Shown one piece after another: positions 11,376 to 24,359 of a stretch of 64,000 nucleotides of DNA. How positions within the stretch are numbered: the first letter of the stretch is position 1; each line of letters starts with the position of its first letter. Below the pieces are notes generated by a model. The model was not told the DNA's origin. It searched no databases and was given only the letters and a program-made list of their open reading frames with translations. Source of the stretch: Hydrolagus affinis (Eukaryota); the NCBI GenBank assembly GCA_012026655.1, contig JAAILG010000882.1, positions 1 to 64,000 on the forward strand. The letters run 5' to 3'. A program made the position numbers and the translations under genes.

Positions 11376-11899
11376 TGCCTTTATGGCAATATTCTCAAAT
11401 AGGAAAAATCTATTTTAAGCGAATAATAACAATAATGCATATGTATGACAGTAAAATAAGTTAATTCATGTCCCAATCTACATTCTCCCAGTGCAATCAA
11501 ATTCTGGAAATCGATGGTAACATTATCATTCTTGATGACATTCTGAGAACTATCTTATTGCTTTGCACATTGGTTTTGAGAATTTAAAGCATAACAAAAT
11601 CACTTGTTTGAAAATATTCTCAGGATCAATTATGGTTAACAACTTCCACCATCTTGAATGTTTTATTGAACTCAGATGTATTCAACTTTCATGGAAAAAT
11701 TTGGAAGATATTGAGAGAGTGAAAAAAATAGTTTTAAACTGAACAGAACACATAGTTGGTGTGAACCACTGACTCACAAAGGAAATCTTGAACATTGCTC
11801 CATTGTACTGATGACTCCCCTCAGTGTACAAGTTTAGGTGGTCTGAATCGGCTTCACTTTCCTCAATCAAGTGCAGATTGGTGAGAGCTTCACCTAACC

Positions 11900-12040
11900 C
11901 CAGGATATGTCCCTACAGGGAGAGAGTGCACATTCCATTCCATTCTAATAAATGCCATGTATAGTTGGGATGCATGGAATTCTCAGTTTGGTTTGGATAC
12001 TCTTAAGCAAGGTGATGGGCTTCCACATGTGTGATATGTG
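11900..12040 (+). repeat. Unclassified interspersed repeat, copy 2 of 4
   Basis: CAGGGAGAGAGTGCACATTCCATTCC...GATGCATGGAATTCTCAGTTTGGTTTGGATACTCTTAAGCAAGGTGATGGGCTTCCACATGTGT. Confidence 0.75.
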
Positions 12041-14254
12041 AAATAAATCGTGTCGACAATGTTTTAAGAATTCCTAGTAAGTGTGGATCCATAACAAACT
12101 GCCACCATAGGATGAGATAAGAATAGTATGGAATTGTTTTTCAGTGATATTCAAAGTGTAAACTGTGAGGAAGTTTCAACATTTGTATAGAGTTTTTCAC
12201 GTCAGGAGGACATCCCAAGTGGCTGGCCTTTCCAACCAATTATGAAATCGAAATAGCTGTGGTATTCCTAAAACCATGACATTCTTGTTTTTAAGGAATA
12301 GTGTTAAAATGTGTCTGAAATAAACTACCCTTCTTCTAAAACGGAGCAATCAATTCAGAGCAATCAAAAGCCTTTCTGGTCTTATTTAGAGGCATATCAC
12401 TGATTGAGTTAAGGTTACTTTTGGTGATTTTGGTGTTTTCAAACAATCCCAGCTAAATGGGAATCCAACATGGCTCCTCCAGGGCTTCTCAGCTGTTTTT
12501 ATGCATCACAAATACAGTATTCCAAAACATGTGTTTGTGGTGAGTGTGGCAGAAAGCATTTAATGGTGTTCCATAACTAAGGAACAGAATGTGTTTCAAA
12601 ATACTGCAATATTGACCCCCTATAGTAATAATAAAAAAAGGTTTTAAACTGTGTTTTAGTTTTCCTATAAAACTGCACTGTAAAAATTAGCCAGGATAAT
12701 TTATTCCTGTAAATCTTAAAAATCTTTAATGGTTTTCACTGCTGCTGTTTAGACGACTGGTACCATTTCAATAGCTGTTCTTTGTTTCCTTTGAGCTTGT
12801 GAAATTTTGACATGGTGAACCCATTTATCATATAGCATTCCAGTCATAGGATTGCTAGCTTGCTTGCTGCCATTTGTGGAATAAACTTCCCATTCCAATT
12901 GAAGTGTTTATGTATTACGGTGAGAAAGAGGACACATATTCACTGTTAACATTTTATATCATGTTTCAGATTTTTTTTAAGTGCATGCGATACGTGTTGT
13001 ACCTGCATCCTGGGAGAAACAGGATATAGAAACCTGACTATGCATCCGCTGTATTTAATTTCACTTATTTTGTTTATAGCCTGGAGTGCAGCACTGTGTA
13101 GGATTGGATTTGATGAATGGGTTTGAAATACTCCAAATAAAAATATTTAAATTCAAAGTTAAATTTTGTTATTCATGTAGGAGTGGGCCCTACCTGTCTT
13201 AAGTGTTCAATTAATGAGCTTTTTTTTCCCACCCCTTCCATTCCTAACAAAAATAGGCTGAACCCCACAAAACCACAATATGAATGTCCCTTATCTGATG
13301 CGGGTTTGGGTAGATGTTACACTGTCACATGCTATTGCAGGTTTAGAAGTGCTGTGATAAGATTATCTATACAGTATCAATAGGAGTTTAAATATTGGTG
13401 AGTGTGTGTACATGACTGTTTGTGGGACATTACTGGAAGCAATTGGCTGTTGTGTTTCACCCATAAAATATACATTCAATTCACTTTACAGTCTATTCTG
13501 GAGAAGGCAAAAACTTATTACAGCAGAAGCAGAGAGAGGATGTTTTTTGCTGAATAGTTTAGACATTTGCACACCAATTTAAATCTTCTGCAGAAATGAG
13601 AAATTCACTCTTATTTGGCTGGGGTAGGTATCTCTGATTTCTGTGTGTTTTTCTTTCAGTGTAATGCTAAGAAGGTTGTATAGATCCACTGGAAACGCAT
13701 TGGGTTTTAATGCAAAGTGAAAGAATATTTCAATTGAAAATATCTGAAAAAAAGAAAAGCCAGAAGATAATTTACTTTTATACATGTTTTTCCTTTCAGT
13801 TAGCTACCACAATTGTGAGTTTCGGGAAAAACAAAAAATGCCACAGTGATTTTTACGAACTTCATTGTTTAGTGTTCCTGAAAGTCACAAGGGTCAGATT
13901 TTTAGGTGGTGTGTGAGATCCCTGCAATATTAGTACCAGGCAATGTGTAGTATGGCTCAGATGCCACTTTCTGCTGCGTGCCCACAGGACATCATGCTGC
14001 TCAAGGTGCATTTTTGATCTAGATTAGTGGCATACTAGCAGTAATTGTCACAGACTGCTGATTTTCCACATGAATTCAAAGAGTGTTGTTTCAGCCAAGA
14101 ACATGTTAACACCGGGTATGTGAAACTCCCTGGAGTTTGATGCCTATTGGATGATAGTACTGACCAGTGCCTTTTGGGCAATGCTGCTGCTGTCTGGTGG
14201 CTCTTGGGAAGTACTGCTGGAGGCTGATGCCTATTTTTGCAGGTATGAAATAAT

Positions 14255-14615
14255 GATAATAATAATAAACCTTACATTTAGTTATAGCAACTTTTACGTC
14301 GGGAGAAAACCCCAAAACACTTCATAGGATAAGATGTGAAGTTTAGTGACTGTGTGTTTTGTGAGTGAATGTAGCAATTAAGTTACGCACAATAATGTCC
14401 CTCCAAACATTGGAAGTGAATGACCAATTTTATTTGGGGGATTTTTGGCCATTACAGCAAGAGAAACTCTTTTTTTGAATAGTGTAATGGGATCTTTAAC
14501 ATCCACCTGAACAGGCAGACAGTTTAACATCTCATCAAAGGGCAGAACCTCCAACCACATAGTACATCCCGATTGGAGTGTCATCTTAGATTATGAGTAC
14601 CACGTCCTGAGGTGT
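14255..14615 (-). mobile_element. Deu-domain SINE family B
   Basis: ATGGGATCTTTAACATCCACCTGAACAGGCAGAC core and a (TAA)n tail at the left end. Confidence 0.8.
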
Positions 14616-15804
14616 AATTTATTCCAGTTGTATATTTTAAATCAAGTCATAAAATTTAGGGGAGGGGAAAAGACCTCATCATAAACAGAAGGATTAAGTA
14701 TGGAGAATTCTGAGTGATACCCACAGTCTGCCAAAATCCAGTGCCCTCAATGTGTTGGAAAGAGATGCTGCTGTCTGGCTGCTTCAAGATGTTTGCCATG
14801 TGAGTCCAGTTTCTTCCAATTCATATTTGATGTTTGTGTTGTGCATAGACTAAAGCATTGATTTTATGCTCCTTCAAAATTCCAATGTTGTTCTTAAAAC
14901 TGAATTTGCTTTGTCAATTTCTTAAATGGAAAATCAGCATGCTCATTTCCCCCGCCCCCAACAACAGCAGCATTTTTGCCAGCACTGTCCATTCCACACT
15001 CCATTCACCACAGCATTTTCAGTAGGTGCAATAACTGGCTTCAGCATCACCATATTTTTTTAACTAGTATCAACGGTACAGATTCCAAAGATAAACCCGA
15101 AGGGTTGCTTGCTATGCATACTGAGTCAAGAATGGAGGACCATTTAAAATGAAATTGTCCCGATATAGCGGGTGGAGACAAAATACTCTCAACAGCTGTC
15201 AATACCTGTTCCAGACACTGTACCTCAGTCCCATGGCTGCTTTTGAAAGGATCACCGTCTCTGGGTTTATTTATATATTTAGTTCTATTAAAAGCAACTT
15301 ATATCAAAACAGAGAGGCAGCAGTCCATCTCTTGCTGCTCAGGCCGCCATCACTTTTACAGTACACTCTGCGATTCTCGGAACTGCGTAGAGGGTAGTGG
15401 GTGGGGTGGGGTGGTATTTTATTTAGCAAATTATCTGGAACCAGGAAACATTGTACCACCCAAACTATCCAAAAGCTGGACCCTTGCCATCTATAAACCT
15501 TTTTTAGAATTCATTTACTTTGAAACCTTTAACACCCACCACCCCCCCCCCTCTCCCACTCCATTAAAATGAATGAGAACTCAGCTTTAACACCTTAGCT
15601 GCCAATTGATTCCAAAGGGTTTAATACAAAAATGATTTTAGGTTTTCATTGAAATTCCTGTTATGTTGTTCCACTTGTATTTTCCTGGCAAATTGAAGGA
15701 TTTCTGCCTGAACTTGAATTAAAAATGTAACTCTCCGGATTGTTGATAATAAGCTGTGCAGTTTTAGCTTGTTAGACTACAGCTGTACCCAAACCAACAA
15801 GCTG

Positions 15805-16010
15805 CCTTGGCTCCTGCCAACTTGCACCCAATACTGTACTTTCCGGAATTAGGTTAGCAGGATGTGTTCCTCCAGGGAGAGAGTGTTCATTTCATTCCAA
15901 CAACGTGTCTCTGGGATTTCCACGTGTAGGTGAGATGCATGGAATTCTCGGTTCAATTTGGATTTTTTTAAGCATGGTGACGGGTTTCCACATGTGTCAG
16001 ATGACCAAAT
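15805..16010 (+). repeat. Unclassified interspersed repeat, copy 3 of 4
   Basis: CTGCCAACTTGCACCCAATACT..GGAATTAGGTTAGCAGGATGTGTTCCTCCAGGGAGAGAGTGTTCA..GATGCATGGAATTCTCGG..GGGTTTCCACATGTGTCAGAT. Confidence 0.8.
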
Positions 16011-17259
16011 AAAAACTGTAGTGAACTGGCCTGAATACTGTATTTGTGTGTCTGTAGTTTGCATCAATAGATAACTATTAACAATTCTACATTCATCTAC
16101 CACTTTTTTACTCTGTAAATGTTTGGCTTGCATATTGTATGAATTTTTAATTGTTTTGTAATTTCAATGTTGAGCACATTATTAATTTGGATATTAGAAA
16201 TGATATGTTGAAGGGAAAGGTGCTTTAGCCAGCAAATCCCTCTTTAACAAGATAGCATTTTAAGGTGGTTTGACAATCGGAATAAAATGTGCTGATGAGT
16301 TGTCAAATAATCGCTTTCAAACAATTAAAGGACACTATTATTTCTGTAAACTTCTATTCAATAATAATGTTCAAGATCAGATTTAAAATGCATATTTCAA
16401 CAAAAATTGTGCAAGTAACTATTGACGAGCCATTTATACTTGTTTTTTCTAAAAGGAAATTTCTGGTCTTCTCCGAAGGCACAGGTTGCAAAAGCATTAT
16501 TTAGTCACTAAATTATGTTATAAGGAGAACTAGTGAGCCATTGAGACCCAGATAGCCCCTGTATCCATACCTGGTCTCTGCTCAGTTACTAGATCAAAGA
16601 CAGCTTGGAGCTTCATATCCATTTCCCTTGTGGATGGAGACTCATGTGGAGTATAAACACCAGCATGGACTAGTTGAGCTGGATGACGTGTTTCCATGAT
16701 GTACAATCTGTGTAAATATTTAGGGTGCTACATATGCACCTCATTACCATCCAATGAACCCTGGAGTTGGCAATCACTATGACACTCCCAGGGTTGCAAT
16801 AGCCTGCTAGCCTCTATTGAAATCTAAATTTAATACGAATTACCTGGGTGCCATCCTCCCCCGTCCTCAGTGACGCTCTCAAAGTAAGTGTCTTATGAAC
16901 CCATATCACACATTCACCTTTTTGGCTCGTAAGGATTGGATAGGATTGAGGTTTTACTTTGAGTGTATTTAGTTTCAGAAAAAAAGCAGCTATTATAGCA
17001 ACTGGCAAGCTAAAGCCTCAATCTGTGAGCTGGAAGATGAATGTGTGTCCCATAGTGAATGATGCAGGGGAGAGAGAGCAGCCAGGGAGCATACAGGTCA
17101 TCTATTTCTATATTTAAGTTGCATGTTCAATCCTACTGTCAAACTCTACAAAGCGTATTGTTTCATTGGGAAGATCTTTTAATCACTTGATGCTAACAAA
17201 AGGAGCACTATGATATATATTGCCTTTCACCGAGCAAAAATTTTACCATTTAAAAATAT

Positions 17260-17560
17260 AATAATATTAACCCTTGCATTTGTTATAGTGCCTTCTGGAG
17301 TCCTCTAACTTCTTGGTTAGAATACTCGTCTCGCAAGCAACAGGACCTAGGTTCTATTCCCAGGGAGTGCAAAGTTTTGGGCAAGGACATGATAAGGCAT
17401 GATATCAAATGCAAGGATTATTATTGTTATTAGCACCTCTTTGAAATTCCCCAAAGTGCTTCATAGTAAAATAAATTAATTCTATATTTTGTGGGCAAAA
17501 CACGGCAACCAATTGCACACAGCAATGTCCCACAAACAGCCGTTCATTGAGTGACCAAAA
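17260..17560 (-). mobile_element. SINE 3' half (-) with an internally deleted family-A SINE (+, ~17296-17431) nested in its tail hairpin
   Basis: CCTTGCATTTGTTATAGTGCCTTCT | GGAGTCCTCTAACTTCTTGGTTAGAATACTCG..GGTTCTATTCC..AAATGCAAGGATTATTATT | ..CAAAGTGCTTCATAG..GGCAACCAATTGCACACAGCAATGTCCCACAAAC. Confidence 0.75.
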
Positions 17561-18869
17561 TATTTTTAAATTTATTTGAAAAATCCATAAATGGCTATGA
17601 TTCTAGGGGTGATAGAAATAAAATTTAACATTACGTGTTAAATTGGGTACTTTATCTGTATTTAATATACAGTATTAGCAATTTAACATTTTGCTGTGTT
17701 CTATTTCCAGGTTTGTTGTCTTCACCCTGTAAGTCGATAATTTAGGTGCATTCACAGGGAATGATAAAGTGATTTCTCAAGAAGTATCTCCTTTAATCAG
17801 TCGTGCTGAAACACTAGCATGCATTTTTCCAGGTATTAAATCTAATATGAGTAAAAACGAAAGAGATTGCGTGACAGTTTTTCCTTGGCCAGCCAGTGAC
17901 AGATTTACCATTCGTTTTGCTGGTGTTAAGTAGTCTTCTAGCCAAAAATAAAAATGATTCTCATTCTGGCCAAGCTGAGAGGAGTTTTGGCAGCGGCATG
18001 AGCATCTGTGGCCTGCCTGCCATTTTAATAGTGGAACGAGTGCAGGATCTCAGAATTCAGGGAGAAAATCTCATTGTGTGAAGCTGGAGCAGGAGTGAGG
18101 AATATCCTTAATTACCTGAAATACTGAAATTTTATTGTTTATCCAGATGTGCTGCATCTAGTTAGCACTGTGTTAAAATACTTATTGTTGTATAACTCCT
18201 CCTTATTACAATATAGTGCAGGAATTTCAATTCAATATTACAGGAGGACTTGGGTACGGAAATTCCCATTAGTGCCCTGAGTAAAGCACCACAAGCAGAA
18301 AAGGCTCCTTTCACTCAGGCGCCAGGCCAACACAGACTGCTATTCCTGCTATGAGGGGTTAATATGGTAGTGTCACATTGCCACCTTATTCAAAAAAACA
18401 TTACCAGTCTGTAACTCTCCTTGTGGGTTTGGAATGATCGATTGCTGTTCTTGGACTTCACAGTTTCGTGGAAGGAGGGGGCTAAACTGGCCCCTTAAAC
18501 TTTCTGTGGTATGTGAGGCTATTCCTCTATAGTGCTCTTGCATACTTTCAGCGCTGTTGGCATGCCTGATGTGAAGCACACCAGAAATAGATTTTAAGTG
18601 AGCCCATTAATATTAATTCAGCCATGTGCTAACCTCCATTTGGCGCTGCCAAATAAGATTCTTTTTACCAATGGGCTGCTTAATTACCGTAAACCCCTTT
18701 CCACACATGGATTTGTTTGAACTTGGGGGCAGAAAGAACTTACAACTTCATAATGCCTTCTTATATTGAAATGTCTTCTAATGGTTCGCAAGTGATTACT
18801 ACCTTTTTTGTAGACAAATGCCAGAACCATGTAAAGCAGTAAGGTTCTGCACCTGCCATGAGGTGAATA

Positions 18870-19090
18870 ATCAATTAATCTAAAAGATTGTTGGCCAAGA
18901 CACAGGGAGACACTTGCTCTCTTTTCAAGTAACATAATAGGGACTTCCACCTGAATGGGCAGGGGAAACCTTGTTTTAAGGTTTATAGTGCATAACAGCA
19001 CGTGCTAGTGCTCCCCCAATATTGAACTAGACTGTCAGCATAGATGATGAGCTCAAGCCATGGGTTGGGCTTGAACCTGCAGACCAGAGT
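18870..19090 (-). mobile_element. Decayed family-B SINE, 5' part
   Basis: TGTTGGCCAAGACAC...TTCCACCTGAATGGGCAG...GAGCTCAAGCC..GGGCTTGAACC (reverse B box). Confidence 0.65.
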
Positions 19091-21439
19091 GAAACCAATG
19101 GATTTGTCAGTATGTCTTGCCAGCTGCATTTTTAGAAAGTGACGTCTCACCTTGATCATGATGATTTAAATGCCTCCGCAGATTCTAATTCCACTTAAAC
19201 GGTTTTCTTCCTCTCCAGAACTATCCACACGCTGTCTATTAACATATCTTTAAGAAGTCAGACATTACCTTGGAATCATTCTTAAACCGTTTCATTGCTA
19301 ACCTTGACTAGACATTTCCTCTGCTTGTCCAGTCAGGCACTGGTTTTTTTTTAAAAAAAGACAATATGAGGAGCTGTTGATTGGATCATCCGTTGTCTTC
19401 TGGGATATGGTTTACGGGCCTGACTAATTCAACTGTAAATTGGATTTTTTTTCAGCCAAACTTCATCAGCAACATCCTCTCATCAGTCCATTTGTTCATA
19501 GAGTAATTGAACAAACTGGCAATTAGAGTACAGAATATTTGAGCATTATCTGATGTACCTCAGTATTAGATCATGACCAAAGCTGATAAGTGATTTCTTA
19601 CCACTGGTCTCTGGATTTAGTTAAAAAAAAGTGGTGGTCAACCTTTTTGGTCAGACATCCAAGGTGATTCATCTTTATTGAATTTTTCTTCACTGGTGGC
19701 CTGGCCATGGGTATCACAGCTCAGTAACACGTTTTTACCAATTGAGGTCTTTCAGTAACCAAAATGATCATATTTGCAGCAGCAGTGTGAAAGGCGTACG
19801 ATTAAAATGTTGCATAAGAACCAAAGAATAGCTGTGAGGTCTAACATGCTCCTCTGAAATGAGTTAAAATCTCACTCCAACAAAACATTTTAAGTCCGTC
19901 TCATGGCATACTTCTTTACTGTATTTGTCGTCATCTTGCCCCCTCCTGAACCCCCTCAGCTCCCAAACCCAGGTCAGGTGCCCAGGGGCAGTGTAAAAGC
20001 GCTTTGAGCCATCCTCCCACATGAAACATGCTGTGTAAATTGTGTTGTACCGTCAAAAGAAAAAATTGTGATGTTGTTGTTGATGTTGTCCATGATTTTG
20101 AAAGTGGCGTTCATTCAATTTGCTGGCTTTTTACACCTTCATTCCTTTGAAAGAATTCCCAAATTTCTGTCTCCATTCATTTCAAAAGAGAGTACGGTAG
20201 AATTTTTTCGAAAAAGTATTTCTAAAAGGAGTTACACATTTGCTTCCAACGTGCTTGATGAAAGTTGCATCTGAGAGCAATATTATTCTTCAGGAGACTC
20301 GGCAGCATAAATGTAGGTACAGTATTTGTAAGCAATTCTTTAATTGCATAAAATGTAATTTTCAGCCATAACAAAGGATGTAGATGACCTTTTAAAGGAA
20401 GCACCTTTTTAGGGAGCTTGTGAGGCAAAGCATGTTAAATAATGCACATACCCCCGATCTGGATTGAAACCTTGCAAATCCCTATGTCATCATCAGCATT
20501 ATTTAACTGATGACATCTGGGGGACAATTCATCATTTAATTAAATTATCCTGTAATGAAATCTTCCATAATGAGATTAATTTAAATAATTTATCAGACAC
20601 TGACACAGGTGCAAGACACTGTGAATAATAAATGAAAGATTCTGTCTGTTCTGCTTCCAAAGGCACGGCCTGCAACAGCCACTAAAATTCCCTTTTATTT
20701 GGTGACTAAAGGATTGTCAAAGCATAATATTAAAAATAACTGTATTTTGTTCTTTTTATAAGATTTCTCTCTTTTATTGGGGATGGTGGGGGTAGGGAAT
20801 AAATTAAATGCAGTCTTTGCTGTATTTCCCTATACAGTAGGACATGAGTCAGGCTATGGGTCATATTACTCCCCATCAGGAAGGTGGTTTGCTTGTTTGC
20901 AGAAAGACTCCAGGGACAATACGTTACGGTGCCTTGCAGTAGGTAACCATGGCAACAATTATACGTTCTTTAAAAAATGCAAATTTAAGAAATAGCTGTA
21001 ACGCTAGTAATCTTGATTATATTGACTATTGATGACTGGTTCTGCCTGAGAGAAATAAACTTTAGACCAGGACAAAATGAAAGTTCTGAGTCTTTCCCCA
21101 CTTCTAAACAAAATGTAGTCATGTTTAAAGGAAGCGCATTATCCTCATCCATTCTACCATGTGGTTGTGAAAGAGGTTGACTGATCTTGGAGTGAAAAAT
21201 GTTTAGAGGAAATAAAAGAAAAATAACATCCTTAAAAGTGGTAGACAGCACTCCTGAGATAGTGCTTATAGCACCATCTTCAGGACTGATCAGCAAGCAC
21301 ACATCTAGTGACTAAACAAACACTGGCAATCTCTTAAAGATGTGCAAATAGAATATAAGTGTGAGTACAATTTGTGCTCCCAAAAGTTCATTTGAAACCC
21401 CTTTATCATTTCCTTTCTTTAATGCCTTCCATGCCTTCG

Positions 21440-21660
21440 CACATCCTCCTGATGTGAAAGGCGCTCTATAAATGTAATTTTGTGGTTGCTGTTGTTTAAA
21501 TGTATCTTTGAAATTTTAGTTTTAAAGTTTAATAGTTTCTCCCTTAAAATGGACAGTAAAACCATTTGATCCACTGTTAAATTGATCCATTGATCCCACC
21601 CTTGGGACGTCCTCCCGATGTGAAAGGCGCTATACAAATGTAATGTTGTTTTCGTTGTTA
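21440..21660 (+). mobile_element. Two isolated L2 3' tails (~21440-21495 and ~21599-21659)
   Basis: CCTTGGGACGTCCTCCCGATGTGAAAGGCGCTATACAAATGTAATGTTGTT, and a near-identical copy 160 bp upstream. Confidence 0.8.
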
Positions 21661-23849
21661 AATATGCAGTCAGAAAAACCTGCCAACACAGAGTTGATTT
21701 ACTTTAGTTTAACCTAATCAGGAATACCCTTTTGAGGACCACAACAATTAATTTTGTCTTGCTCTTCATTTCATGTTTCATGTTACCCAGCATTCCCAGA
21801 AAATCTCTGTTTTAAGACACAGATTCAACCATAATTGTATCATTTTCCTGAGCCCAATGAATGGTGTAGAGTAAATATTTCAACCTATCAGTAAATTTGC
21901 ACTAGTCGCCCTTTTTAAGATGTGTGTTAGGTCTGCCAAATTTCATGCAGTATCAAAGCGAGGACAGCAAGCTAGAATTTAACTCCCATTCAAGGAGAGG
22001 AGTGTGTGTGCGTTTGGGGTGGTGGGTTGAGGGATGGGGGAAGGAGTGAAATGGATGGTGCTTAAACCAAGCACAGCACCACTAGAAGTGGAAATAGACA
22101 TTTGGCTAAATGCAAGGAAATTCCATAAATGTCTTAGTTTTGCCTGTATTCCATTAGGTTTCTGGCAGTATCTTTGAGTACTTGGCCAGCACTGATGTTT
22201 ACCTGTGTGCTGTTGAAGAAATATGACAAGGGCTGACGCTAATAGCATTCTAATTTTTTTTTAGTAGTCTAGGTATTTCCTGAAGGGATCGGCGCTCTCA
22301 GACAAAAATGCTTCTTTCTGCAGACGAGTGACTGCAGAACTGTGTTTTCACAACACAGTTTGCAGATTTGCCCACCAGTCCTGGCTGGAGCAGTGCTTGT
22401 TTGCTGCCTCTTCCAGTGCTGGCAGTTTGCTGCAAAACTAATTGAATGGCATGTGCTGCGTGTGATCTCGTCTTTAGCTCACAGGTGATGTACTGGTGTT
22501 TTTTCCTCTCTTCTCCCTTTCTCACATTGTATCAGCTTTTATATAATGCTATGGTCAGCACCTTTAATATAAGTGGTGTGCCACAAATCACTCAGACGAC
22601 TGTATCTAAATCTATCCTTGCACCAGAGTTGATCATTTACACTTAAACATGTGGCAGTACCCTTAAAACAGACTGTGATTCCGCCAGGTTGGAACCTAAC
22701 GCACACTTAAGTGTCGCACACTGAATCTACTGTTTCATTTTCCGCAGTGTGAAATTAGTTTTATTGCTGGGGAGTAGGCTAACGTGGTACAGGAATAACC
22801 ATGGAATAAATATTTGAGTTAACCAATTTTAAATCTTTGCTTAATTCAGCAAAAAGTTACCCTCTCTACTCTTGTGGTTGAATATGTTATGTGGTGTTTT
22901 TTTTTGGTGAAAAAAGTCTGCGGCACATTTAAGTTTTTTCAGCCTCCCAAGATCCTTTCTAATAATAAAGTGCTTGAGTTGTCAAAGTGACGGCACAGAT
23001 GTTCTAATCTGTACTGACACGGCTTCCTAACTCACGACATCAATCATATGTTATTAGCTTTAATAGAGCTTGGCCACTTTCCGTCACTTAAACATTGCAG
23101 TGGTGACAAAAGTGTACCAAAAATGTGCTGCAGGTGTAACCTTCACTCAAAGCTCCGCCGTGACAGCTATCTCAGTGATCTCTCAGATGGAGGAAGGGTG
23201 CCACCTTCAGTCCCTTCTCTCCTTTGTTTGGTCATTGGCATCTTGATTTTTCTCTGGGGTTGATTAACTATGATACTTGCACCCATTCCAATCCCACAAG
23301 TTCGTTGATAAACACTCTGGAAACATCATGGAACCTGGCAGATCATGATTGCTCTGTCAGATGAGCACCTCTGTTGTACTTCATTGTTGATTGCCTTTTG
23401 CTCTTAAATTGCTGGTGATCTTTTGAAACTAACGTTTGAAGAAAGCTTATTTCTCCTTTGGTCATTTGACAGTTTTTCTTGCGCGAATCTAACCACAGAA
23501 TCCCAATCACTTCTAAAATTGAATGTGTCATTTTTTAGAAAATAGTCAAATCAATCCATTGATTCAGGTATCCAGCTTACTTATAGCCGTGTCATTTGTG
23601 AAATCTTAAAGAGCATGAGATTACTTTAGGCGTTTTCTAAAATTTCTAAAAGATACAACTTTAAGAAATTACAAAATGGAGCTGGGCTTTTTTAAGGGAA
23701 AAGAATAATAGCAAAGAAACTTAGATTTTAGAAGGGCTGAATCAAAAGGGAGATTTTGAATTTCAAATCGTTCCTTTACTATTTTTGCACTGGCTCTTTG
23801 TAAGTAAACTGTGTTGCATTCTTGGGAAAAACATTCAGAATTCTCGTCT

Positions 23850-24060
23850 GTTAATGGAACCTCACATGCCAGAGAGCAGATGCGTCACAAAGTGACAGCA
23901 GGCTAGCAGAGGCTGGGGTTGTGGCTTCACCAAATGAGCCCTGGATAAATGCAGCACATTATAGATCCAGTGAAAGACAGGAGCTGTTGACGAGGTGACC
24001 TCTGAGTGTAAGTCAGCTTGCTATAAACAGAAGAGTGTGGAAAGCTATTGGTCAGCCTGA
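23850..24060 (+). promoter_or_regulatory. EYA4: Candidate EYA4 promoter
   Basis: TATAAA at 24022-24027, reverse CCAAT (ATTGG) at 24047-24051 and CRE-like TGCGTCA at 23881. Lies in a ~7 kb TE-free block, upstream of a strong donor at 24360. Confidence 0.45.
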
Positions 24061-24359
24061 AACTTGTTTACTATTCCGACTATCCTCATGGTAAACTTAA
24101 ATCAACAGTGCTGAACTTCGGAACTCAGCCACGGCTTTAAAAGAGAAGAAATTGTTCAGAGTAAAATTTAAAAAAAAACCTTTGGGAAAATAATTGCTGT
24201 TGAGTTCAGAAACCCTTCTGTATCTGCAACTTTGAGCTGGTGGCTGATTGAGTTACAAACGAAAGGAAGAAAAAAAGGCAGATTCAGTATCTTCGTTGCG
24301 GAGGTGAAAGCAAAATGAAAGTGTCGAAGTTTTAACTGGAGACCTCTTAGGCTTTTCCG
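24050..24359 (+). other. EYA4: Candidate non-coding first exon of EYA4 (start approximate), with uORF MKVSKF* at 24315-24335
   Basis: Consensus donor CCG|GTAAGA at 24359/24360, TATA ~30 bp upstream of the inferred start, TE-free surroundings. No transcript evidence is available. Confidence 0.5.
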
